Below are positions 7,128 to 15,269 of a DNA stretch of 64,000 bases, piece by piece (within the stretch, counting starts at the first letter, position 1; the number at the start of each line of letters is the position of its first letter). This DNA comes from a virus. Location: IMG/VR virus record IMGVR_UViG_3300043427_003273, positions 1 through 64,000 of that record, one strand, 5' to 3'. Made by a program: the position numbers and the translations under genes. The notes beneath the pieces are model-generated. The model was given only the letters and a program-made list of their open reading frames with translations, ran no database searches and was not told where the DNA came from.

Positions 7128-7156
7128 TTTAAGTAAATACCGTTCATAATAGTTAT

Positions 7157-7180
7157 AAAAAAAGGAGGCTAATGCCTCCC
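7157..7180 (-). terminator. intrinsic terminator
   Basis: GGAGGC-ATTA-GCCTCC-T7. Confidence 0.8.
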
Positions 7181-7205
7181 CGTATTAAGAATTATTGATA
7201 TATTA

Positions 7206-8423
7206 TCACTTGTCTGGTGTATGTTGCATCATTGTATCCATCATTTTGATACCACGATTTTCCTTTTTCTTGCTTTCTGGATCGGTTTTTCCAGCAGAAG
7301 AACCCATTAATTTTCCAGCCTTTGCCGTTACCTTATGTGTAGGAAATTCTTTATAGTCTTCAATGATACTATCTCTCCACTCTTCACTCATGTTTGCCAT
7401 AATAATTAAAGCATCTTCATTTGTATTCGCATACCCTTCAGCAACCAAATACTCAAGAATATAATCAAACAAGTCATCTCTATCTTCTACTTGTTCTGCA
7501 ATAATTTCTTCGGCAAGAAACTCAAAGTTCTCTGCAATTTCACCAACTTCAAAATCAGTTAATCCTTCCATAATCTCATATGCTTCTTCATAAGTCTCGG
7601 CCAGACCTTTATCAATGATATCTTCAAGCATCAATGCTGCAATAATTGCATATTCTTCCCCAAGTCTCTTAGAAAGTCTCTGATTATGCTGAGCAGATTT
7701 CATTGAATAATTACCCTTATTCAATGGTTTTCCAGATTTTGTAGATGATGCTGGAGGTAATGCATTTTTAATTGCTTCCTTCGCAGCAGACTTTATGCTC
7801 TTACCAACAACCTCTTTGCGTCCAGAACCTTCACCTCTATATGGCTTTGGTTCTCTCTTCGTCTCTACCTTTTGTGGTTCTGCCTTTTTAGGTTCAACCT
7901 TTGCAGCTGCTTTTGAAGCAAGTTCAGATCCCTTGCGAAGACCCTTAGCAAGTGCGGATCTTCCCTTATTGAAAAGTTCTTTTCCTTTTGAAAGAATTCC
8001 TTTTACTGCCTTTTTAGCAGCAGCCTTAACTGCTGGTGCCTTTTCTCTTACCTTTGAAACTACTGCTTTACCTGCTTTTTTAGCAGCATCTTTAATTTCT
8101 GGTGCCTTTTCTTTTGCCTTAGCAACTGCTGCTTTGCCAACTCTCTTTGCAGCAGATTTTACTCTATCCATCCTTTCTGCTCTTCTCTTAGCATCAGGAT
8201 CTTCAGTATCATGTCCGTATGTTACCTTTGCTTCCTCAATATATTCAACACACTCATCAATATCAAATGATTCTTCTGAAATTACTTCTTCTACAATTTC
8301 ATCAAGTTCATTGTCACTTAATTCATCAATAATTTCATAATTCTCTTTCACATGAAGAACTTCTTCTCTAAGATCTTCATCATATACTGCAGAGTATGCT
8401 TCAGTAAGTTTTTTATAATCCAT
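7206..8423 (-). CDS. charge-segregated late protein, putative internal head protein
   Basis: Acidic helical blocks flanking a K/A-rich histone-like core; late promoter upstream. Confidence 0.75.
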   Translation of the reverse strand: MDYKKLTEAYSAVYDEDLREEVLHVKENYEIIDELSDNELDEIVEEVISEESFDIDECVEYIEEAKVTYGHDTEDPDAKRRAERMDRVKSAAKRVGKAAVAKAKEKAPEIKDAAKKAGKAVVSKVREKAPAVKAAAKKAVKGILSKGKELFNKGRSALAKGLRKGSELASKAAAKVEPKKAEPQKVETKREPKPYRGEGSGRKEVVGKSIKSAAKEAIKNALPPASSTKSGKPLNKGNYSMKSAQHNQRLSKRLGEEYAIIAALMLEDIIDKGLAETYEEAYEIMEGLTDFEVGEIAENFEFLAEEIIAEQVEDRDDLFDYILEYLVAEGYANTNEDALIIMANMSEEWRDSIIEDYKEFPTHKVTAKAGKLMGSSAGKTDPESKKKENRGIKMMDTMMQHTPDK

Positions 8424-8447
8424 ATCCGTATTTAAAGAATTTATAGA

Positions 8448-8477
8448 TATTTATAAAAAAAGGGGAGTTGCCTCCCC
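8448..8477 (-). terminator. nrdB terminator whose T-tract runs into late promoter TATAAATA (8448-8455)
   Basis: GGGGAG-GCAA-CTCCCC-TTTTTTTATAAATA. Confidence 0.85.
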
Positions 8478-8482
8478 GTTTA

Positions 8483-9661
8483 TCAAAGTTTAAATCCAGC
8501 AAGAGAATCTTTTTTGAAATCTTGCTTAATTCCACCAACTACATAAGATTCAACTTCCGTTTCTTGTGGAGCAACTTGAAGTCCTTTTGAAGAAATCCAA
8601 TGCTGTGTCCAAGGAAGTGGATTATTATTTGCAGAAATGTCATAGACTGGTTTAAGTCCAATTGATTTCATACGACGGTTAGCAATCCATTCTACGTATT
8701 GCTGAAGAAGTTTATCATTAAGTCCAATCATGCTGCCGTCCTTAAATAGATAATCTGCCCATTTCTTTTCTTCATTCACAGCACGATCAAACATTGCATA
8801 GACCCATTCTTCCTCTTCTTTAGCAATTTGCTTCATCTCTAAGTCATCACCCTCTCTCCACTTATTCAGAATATTCTGAGTAATAGCAAGATGTTGATTT
8901 TCATCTCTTGCAATCAAAGAAATAATCTTTGCAGATCCTTCCATCAACTTGAGTTCACCAAATGCGAAAGAACAAGCAAATGAAACATAGAAACGAATAC
9001 CTTCAAGAATATTGACGTTTGCAATTGCCCTATAAAGTTTTCTTTTTAATTCTCTCCTATCGATTTTTCCAGCAATATGACCCTCTCTCGCAAGTTCCCA
9101 CATTGTTCCAGCATCATACTGATGTGCGTGATTGATAAAATCATCATAAGATTCCGTAACACTCTTAGCACGTTCCAGAATACGTTGATCCGTAATGATT
9201 TTATCAAATACTTCGGACGGATCTGAATAGATATTCTTGATAATATATGTGTATGAACGTGAGTGGATCATTTCCATGAAACCCCATACTTCCATACATG
9301 CTTCCAATTCAGGAAGTGAGCAATAAGGAATGAATGCCATACCAGGACCACGACCCTGAACAGAATCAAGCATAATCTGATACTTAAGATTAGAAGTATA
9401 GATGTGTTTCTGCTCGGGACGAAGGGTTTGGTAATCTCCACGATCCTTCTGGAGAGACACCTCTTCAGGTCTCCAGAAGTATCCAAGTTGTTGAGTAGTT
9501 AGTTTATCAAAGATGGGATATTTGTATGAATCATATCTCTGAATTCCAAGTGGTTGACCAAAGAACATGGGTTGTTTTTTGGTATCAACTTGTTCGGTAT
9601 TAAAAACAGTTGCTCCTCTAATTGAGGTCTCATTTTCAGAAACTTTGAAATCGTACTGCAT
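8483..9661 (-). CDS. nrdB: ribonucleotide reductase class Ia beta subunit
   Basis: FWRPEEV, DSVQGR, EMIHSRSY, LEGIRFYVSFA, RDENQH, VAPQETE; start uncertain (ORF extends to 9712). Confidence 0.96.
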   Translation of the reverse strand: MQYDFKVSENETSIRGATVFNTEQVDTKKQPMFFGQPLGIQRYDSYKYPIFDKLTTQQLGYFWRPEEVSLQKDRGDYQTLRPEQKHIYTSNLKYQIMLDSVQGRGPGMAFIPYCSLPELEACMEVWGFMEMIHSRSYTYIIKNIYSDPSEVFDKIITDQRILERAKSVTESYDDFINHAHQYDAGTMWELAREGHIAGKIDRRELKRKLYRAIANVNILEGIRFYVSFACSFAFGELKLMEGSAKIISLIARDENQHLAITQNILNKWREGDDLEMKQIAKEEEEWVYAMFDRAVNEEKKWADYLFKDGSMIGLNDKLLQQYVEWIANRRMKSIGLKPVYDISANNNPLPWTQHWISSKGLQVAPQETEVESYVVGGIKQDFKKDSLAGFKL

Positions 9662-9699
9662 TTCCTTTTCCTCGTTTGTTAGAATTTGATTTAACATAA

Positions 9700-11994
9700 T
9701 TAGATTTTGCAACTTTCACAATCTTCTTCAATAGAAAGAAGTTCATCAAGTAAAGATCCCAGTGTTTCTTGCTTTTCTTCTACTTCATCAGTTTTTAAAT
9801 CATGAGTATTTTGATAATACGATGTTTTCCACCCATACTTATATGTTGTCAAGAAATCATTAACAATCACCGAAGTGGGAACTTCATTGTCATCATAATT
9901 TTCTGGGTTGTATGACCAGTTACCTGAAATTGCTTGGTCAAAATATTTTTGCATCATAGCAACAACATTAATATAACCACGATTGGAATCCATTTCCCAG
10001 AGAAGAGTGTAATTATTTTTAAGACTTCCATATTGAGGGACAATCTGCTTAAGTGGACCTTTCTTCGATTTTTTAACGGACAAGTAATCCCGTGGAGGTT
10101 CGATTCCATTGGTTGCGTTTGACACAACGGAACTGCTCTCCGATGGCATCTGTGCGGACAATGTTGAGTGCCTGAGACCGTGAGCCAAGATGGATGCTCT
10201 AAGATTTTCCCAATCATGTTGCAATGGAATAGAAGAAATTTCGTCTACGTCTGTCTTATAAGTGTCAATAGGAAGAATACCATCCGAATACTTAGTACGA
10301 CCAAAGTATTCACAATGTCCTTTTTCCTTAGCAATTTGATTGGATGCTTTCAGAAGATAGTATTGGAATGATTCAGACAGTCCATTTACAGCATCCCATG
10401 CCTCCTGAGAGTCGTATTTGAATCCAAGTTTAGCAAGGTAGTGAGCAAGACCAATGAAACCGATTCCAAGGGATCTACGTGCCTTTGTAGCAATTTCAGC
10501 AACCTTAACTGGATACTGCTGATAATCAATCAATTCCTCAAGACCACGAACCGAAAGGTCACAGAGATCTTCAAGTTCTTCATCCGACTTCACTTTACCA
10601 ACATTAATTGCAGATAGAATACAAAGTGCAATTTCACCACTCGTATCATCAATGTGCTGAATTGGATATGTTGGAAGAGTAATTTCTTGACACAAATTGC
10701 TCATCTCAATTTTATCCTTAAAGGATGAATGAGTATTGCAATGGTCAATATTCATAATGTAGATACGACCCGTTTCAGCACGTTCTTTGAGGAGGCTAAG
10801 AATAAGTTCCTGTGCTTTAATACTTTTCGACGGAATGGACGAATTGTTCTCATATTGAACGTATAAATCGTCAAATGCGTCTGTTCCGAAAGAATCATAA
10901 AGTCCAGGTACATCATGTGGGGAGAAAAGTGTGATTTCACCGTCCTGAATAAATCTTTCGTAGAAGAGTTTGCTGATTTGAATACTATAGTCAAGTTTGC
11001 GAACACGATTATCCTCCGTACCCTTATTATTCTTAAGAACCAGAATGTCTTCTATTTCTTGGTGCCAGATTGGGAAGTGGACAGTCGCTGATCCACCTCG
11101 GATGCCATTTTGAGTGCAGCATCGGACAGTTGCTTCAAACTTTTTGAGGAAAGGGACAACACCAGTGTGTTGAACTTCTCCACCTCGGATCTTACTGTTG
11201 ATGCCCCTGATTCGACCTGCGTTGATACCAATTCCTGCTCTTTGAGCAACATACCTGCCAATTGCCATATCAGAGCTGAAGATGCTGTCAAGGGTGTCAT
11301 CAACATCAACAAGAACGCAACTCGCAAATTGTCGCAGTGGGGTTCTAACACCCGCCATGATTGGTGTAGGAATGTTGATTTTGTGTTTTGAGATTGCGTC
11401 ATAGTACCTCTTAACGTATGACATACGGGTTTCCTTTGGATACTCTGCAAAGATAGTCAGAGCAATCATGATATACATGAACTGAGGAGTTTCATAAACA
11501 CCTCCACCACTTCTATCCTGAACCAAATATTTATCAACTACTTGACGAAGACCTGCATAAGTAAATAAAAAATCACGATCATGATCAATGTAGTTATTTG
11601 CTTTCTGAATTTCTTCCTTTGAATATTTGGTAAAAATATCTGCATCATATACTTCAGAACTCACACAGTTGTAGATGTGCGTTTCAAGATCGGGAAGTTC
11701 CTTCATTCTTCCGTAAATCTGCTTGCGAACAGAAAACAGAAGAAGACGAGCGGCAACATATTGATAATTTGGATGGTCCAAATCAATTAAGTCACTTGCA
11801 CTACGAATTAGAATTTCTTGAATTTCTTGTGTGGAAATTCCATCATAAAATTGAATACCAGAAGTCATTTCTACCTGACTTGCAGAAACTCCTGAGAGAC
11901 CTTTACATGCCTCATCAACCATAAGATGCATTTTATCCAGATCAAGAGATTCAATTTTTCCATTTCTCTTGATAACTTTGGTTCCGTTGCTCAT
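9700..11994 (-). CDS. nrdA: ribonucleotide reductase class Ia alpha subunit
   Basis: ATP cone, RQFASC, SNLCQEI, MPSESSS, KTSYY, C-terminal CESC. Confidence 0.97.
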   Translation of the reverse strand: MSNGTKVIKRNGKIESLDLDKMHLMVDEACKGLSGVSASQVEMTSGIQFYDGISTQEIQEILIRSASDLIDLDHPNYQYVAARLLLFSVRKQIYGRMKELPDLETHIYNCVSSEVYDADIFTKYSKEEIQKANNYIDHDRDFLFTYAGLRQVVDKYLVQDRSGGGVYETPQFMYIMIALTIFAEYPKETRMSYVKRYYDAISKHKINIPTPIMAGVRTPLRQFASCVLVDVDDTLDSIFSSDMAIGRYVAQRAGIGINAGRIRGINSKIRGGEVQHTGVVPFLKKFEATVRCCTQNGIRGGSATVHFPIWHQEIEDILVLKNNKGTEDNRVRKLDYSIQISKLFYERFIQDGEITLFSPHDVPGLYDSFGTDAFDDLYVQYENNSSIPSKSIKAQELILSLLKERAETGRIYIMNIDHCNTHSSFKDKIEMSNLCQEITLPTYPIQHIDDTSGEIALCILSAINVGKVKSDEELEDLCDLSVRGLEELIDYQQYPVKVAEIATKARRSLGIGFIGLAHYLAKLGFKYDSQEAWDAVNGLSESFQYYLLKASNQIAKEKGHCEYFGRTKYSDGILPIDTYKTDVDEISSIPLQHDWENLRASILAHGLRHSTLSAQMPSESSSVVSNATNGIEPPRDYLSVKKSKKGPLKQIVPQYGSLKNNYTLLWEMDSNRGYINVVAMMQKYFDQAISGNWSYNPENYDDNEVPTSVIVNDFLTTYKYGWKTSYYQNTHDLKTDEVEEKQETLGSLLDELLSIEEDCESCKI

Positions 11995-12959
11995 ATTTTT
12001 TTCCAATTGATAAACTTAAGTTTTGCTTCTAATCCTTGATAAGTACTACATTCTACCATATTCTGAACATTCAGTCCAGATAAAACCATATCATTAATGT
12101 CCTTTTCTTCAACTCCAGTGTCCCATATTACTACTTTGTCTCCCCTATCGATTGTTTTGGAGATTCTGTTGACGATTTCTCGATTGCGTGGTTCGTTATC
12201 ATAAATGTAAACAACACTGCTCCAACCAAACGAGCTAATATCAATATCGGCCCCACACATAGCAACAGAGTTTTTGATAAAGGTCGAGTCGAAAGGTCCT
12301 TCAGTAATGTAAATTGTTTCATCTGAATTTACTTCATCAAGTCCGTAAATTTTTGGTGCATCTTCGTCCAACATAATGGTAATATATTTTACCTGACTTG
12401 GACCGATAGCTCTCCCCTGAAATCCAATCAATTTCTTATTATAGAAAAGTGGTATTATAATTCTTTCTTCATCATAATTTGTATTATCAAAAGTTTCTTG
12501 AAGAGAATTAGTCCACTTTTTAAAATTGGGGGTGTAATAAAATTTATATGGGTTTAAATTTCTACTTTTTAGATATTCATTTGCCCTATCATTTTCAGAT
12601 GCTTTCGGAAGGTCTATAGTTTCACGAAACTCTGGTTTTTTAAATTCAAACTTGGGATCTTCTGTTTGGAAATTTTTTCCACTTACTCCCTTTTTATATT
12701 TTTCAAAAACATATTGCTTATGAATATTTGGATCAATATCCTTTAAAAAATTATTAAAGGACATATTAACCCCACAATTATGGCACTTGTAATTTGTATT
12801 ATTTTTGATTTGATAAAGATATCCCCTTGCCTTGTTTCTATTCCTCTGAGAATCTCCACAAATAGGACAACGAAAATTATAAAGATTATTTTTTACCTTT
12901 TTAAATTTTTGAAACTTAAACCCAATCAAATTGATGTATTTGACATCAATGAAATCCAT
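11991..12959 (-). CDS. gp61: DNA primase (T4 gp61)
   Basis: CPICGDS...CHNC zinc finger, TEGPFDS TOPRIM motif, YDNEPRN, KDIND. Confidence 0.95.
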   Translation of the reverse strand: MDFIDVKYINLIGFKFQKFKKVKNNLYNFRCPICGDSQRNRNKARGYLYQIKNNTNYKCHNCGVNMSFNNFLKDIDPNIHKQYVFEKYKKGVSGKNFQTEDPKFEFKKPEFRETIDLPKASENDRANEYLKSRNLNPYKFYYTPNFKKWTNSLQETFDNTNYDEERIIIPLFYNKKLIGFQGRAIGPSQVKYITIMLDEDAPKIYGLDEVNSDETIYITEGPFDSTFIKNSVAMCGADIDISSFGWSSVVYIYDNEPRNREIVNRISKTIDRGDKVVIWDTGVEEKDINDMVLSGLNVQNMVECSTYQGLEAKLKFINWKKI

Positions 12960-12982
12960 AAAAAAAGTCCATATCTCTGGAC

Positions 12983-13011
12983 ATTCTACACGACTGGACG
13001 ATCCCTGTCAA
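12983..13011 (-). promoter_or_regulatory. sigma70-type promoter for primase-nrdAB
   Basis: TTGACA-N17-TAGAAT. Confidence 0.8.
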
Positions 13012-13137
13012 TCAACTCCTTTCGATACAACAGGATGAAATGATGGATGTCCACTTAACTACAGAATTAGTAAATTTTTGAAGATAATATGTTGATACTT
13101 TATTATTATCTTTTATTTTTAAATATTCTTTTTTCAT
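13012..13137 (-). CDS. micro-ORF, 41 aa (not in ORF track)
   Basis: MKKEYLKIKDNNKVSTYYLQKFTNSVVKWTSIISSCCIERS, downstream of AATAAATA. Confidence 0.5.
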   Translation of the reverse strand: MKKEYLKIKDNNKVSTYYLQKFTNSVVKWTSIISSCCIERS

Positions 13138-13169
13138 CGGAACTGACGCCCGAGATTTAATAGTATTTA

Positions 13170-13631
13170 TTACTTCTTCGTCTCTATTCTGTAGTTTGGT
13201 TGATTATCTGGTGTCAAAATATCTACAACCATACCAGATTGAGAAAATACAAAACTTATAATAATTACTGCGCCAGCAATTATCCAACGAAACTTAATAA
13301 GGTCTTCTATTTTGAGTTCTAATTTTTGAATTCTTTCTACGACTGCCTTATGATCATCTTTATTCTCCACTTTCAATTCATCAAGTTGTTTGGCAAAATT
13401 TTCATCATTCTTGATTGTCTGATCAATTCTTTCATCATGCTTACTGAGAATTGTAGCAATCTTATTATTTGCTTCAGATATTTTATCCACAGCTACTTCT
13501 AATTTATCCATCATTTGTCTAGATAAATCTTCGTAAATGTTGAATTTTGCTTCTAAAACATCTAATTTTGATAAATCTGATCTTCTTAGTTGAAATGGTG
13601 ACATCTTACATACCACTATTTTGTACGTCAC
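13170..13631 (-). CDS. coiled-coil protein with C-terminal TM helix
   Basis: Heptad-like pattern then KFRWIIAGAVIIISFVF; start may be 13604. Confidence 0.75.
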   Translation of the reverse strand: MTYKIVVCKMSPFQLRRSDLSKLDVLEAKFNIYEDLSRQMMDKLEVAVDKISEANNKIATILSKHDERIDQTIKNDENFAKQLDELKVENKDDHKAVVERIQKLELKIEDLIKFRWIIAGAVIIISFVFSQSGMVVDILTPDNQPNYRIETKK

Positions 13632-13653
13632 GCATTCATCCTTTTGTTATTAA

Positions 13654-13857
13654 TTATTTATTTTTTAAATTTTTTACCCAACTCTTATAATTGTTAGGAA
13701 CTTTACGAAAATCAATATTTCCTTTTTTTTTATTTCTGAATCCTAACAAAGGATCAAACCCAGCAGTTGGTCCTTGTGCTGGAGATGATCCAGTAAAACC
13801 TCCAGCACCAACAACCATATTTTCTTTTATTATTTGTATAATCTTTTCTAGTGTCAT
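13654..13857 (-). CDS. small hypothetical late protein
   Basis: IKENM..GAGGFTG...GPTAGFDP; ATGA coupling with the upstream gene. Confidence 0.7.
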   Translation of the reverse strand: MTLEKIIQIIKENMVVGAGGFTGSSPAQGPTAGFDPLLGFRNKKKGNIDFRKVPNNYKSWVKNLKNK

Positions 13858-14234
13858 TGATCTGCTAGTTCCTTTAATTGTCGCATACATTCAAAATCAA
13901 TAGGAATATTATGAATGTAACATTTTGGAGTTGGTGGAAGTCTATTGAGAAATACAATGATTGTTTTCATTGCTGGCCAAAGAACCTCTTCAACTTTATA
14001 AAATAACATTGGAGTTGTAGCTTCTCCAAAAATATTATAAAGAACAATAAAATGGTTGATGAGTAGATTGCATTTCAATTCACCATCTTTTTTATATCTT
14101 TTTAAAAGACGTTTTATATATTTAAAATGATTCAAATCTTTATAAAAATCCTCTTCAGTAACTGCCTGAGGATTTTCATAATTTTTTATCGCAAACAGTA
14201 AAAAATTGCTTTCATCTAACTCATCAAATAACAT
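13854..14234 (-). CDS. conserved T4-like hypothetical protein
   Basis: FLLFAIKNYENP...DLNHFKYIKRLL...LLINHFIVLYNIFG. Confidence 0.85.
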   Translation of the reverse strand: MLFDELDESNFLLFAIKNYENPQAVTEEDFYKDLNHFKYIKRLLKRYKKDGELKCNLLINHFIVLYNIFGEATTPMLFYKVEEVLWPAMKTIIVFLNRLPPTPKCYIHNIPIDFECMRQLKELADQ

Positions 14235-14248
14235 ATTTTATTACACTA

Positions 14249-14788
14249 TCATGCAAGTGGATTATTATCATAAATTGGAGCATTGCCTGTCGTAATTCCA
14301 GACATAGCTACTAATGTTTCTTTCTTAACTCTTAATTGACCGTGACAATCTACATAAGTTGTTACACCAACCCACCCAGAATGTGTTAATTCATATTGTG
14401 TTTTATCTGCAGCAGCAGTTCCACCTTCGGCAACACCATATACAAAAGTGTCTGCATCAGGACCTACAGGATTTGAGGCTTGACTGTAATAAGCATCAAA
14501 AGTTGTATATTTTGGAAGTTCACTAATTGTAAAGTCTGTTCCAGCAATTGCAACTCCACTCAATCCAGCAGTAGATGCAATTGAAAGTTGCTGAGTAGAT
14601 GCAATTGAAACAATCACAGCATCTCCAATGTAGACACCATCTCTTCTTCCAAATCTAATTACATCACCAGTTTTTGCAGATCCAACTGCACCGAAATTAG
14701 TTAACCATCCAGTTACTACTAAAGTAGAATAATTACAGGTTACAAGTCCTGCAGATGTTACATTATCATTATTACCCCAGAGTGCCAT
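14249..14788 (-). CDS. virion structural protein
   Basis: MALWG start; HSGWVGVTTYVD.HG.LRVK.ETLVAMS; TATAAATA upstream. Confidence 0.8.
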   Translation of the reverse strand: MALWGNNDNVTSAGLVTCNYSTLVVTGWLTNFGAVGSAKTGDVIRFGRRDGVYIGDAVIVSIASTQQLSIASTAGLSGVAIAGTDFTISELPKYTTFDAYYSQASNPVGPDADTFVYGVAEGGTAAADKTQYELTHSGWVGVTTYVDCHGQLRVKKETLVAMSGITTGNAPIYDNNPLA

Positions 14789-14823
14789 GTTTCTTCTTCC
14801 GTAATTTTTAGAATCTATAAAGA

Positions 14824-14864
14824 TATTTATAAAAAATGGGGAGTCAAATATTAATCTCCCCATT
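14824..14864 (-). terminator. terminator fused to late promoter TATAAATA (14824-14831)
   Basis: AATGGGGAG...CTCCCCATT-TTTTATAAATA. Confidence 0.75.
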
Positions 14865-14890
14865 AAAGTATTCTTTATATTTATATTTTA

Positions 14891-15082
14891 TCAGTCGTTT
14901 GGTGTTGGGTCGTTTCCACCTTTGTCTTTGAGGAAATCTTTACCTTTCAACAATAAGAATGAAAGAATTCCATTTGCCTTTATAGCTGGAACAGCACCAA
15001 GAAATTCTGAAAGGATCAGAAGAATCGTTGCTACGGCAGCTTCATTTGCCATTACCCAAGCCCAGATTGCAGCTACTGACAT
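14891..15082 (-). CDS. small membrane protein, possibly holin-like
   Basis: Hydrophobic helices, LSEFLG..P.IKANGI, charged C-terminus, AGGAGG RBS, late box upstream. Confidence 0.6.
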   Translation of the reverse strand: MSVAAIWAWVMANEAAVATILLILSEFLGAVPAIKANGILSFLLLKGKDFLKDKGGNDPTPND

Positions 15083-15132
15083 AATTTACCTCCTAAGATT
15101 TAAGTCATTACAACCAACTTTATTTATCAAAA

Positions 15133-15269
15133 TTAATCGTTAAGAGGGATACCCGCATTTAACTGCTTTAACTTTGCTTGCAATTGGCTTTTTTGAATGG
15201 ATACAAGTTTTTTCTTAGTAGGATCTACTTTTTGAGGTTTAATTTGCGGAGGACTTAAAGTTTTTTTTT
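15133..15269 (-). other. putative -1 frameshift or slippage site (A9) and 42-aa extension frame
   Basis: GAT AAA AAA AAA CTT TAA; the -1 frame is open to TAA at 15133 and closed just upstream by TGA TAA. Confidence 0.55.

Noticed and set aside
9268-12322. Alternative-frame minus ORFs inside nrdA, nrdB and primase
   Set aside because: Fully nested in conserved enzymes with no recognisable motifs
14570-14610. 17-nt direct repeat AGTAGATGCAATTGAAA
   Set aside because: Only two copies, in frame, encoding a repeated SIAST peptide; not CRISPR-like or an att site
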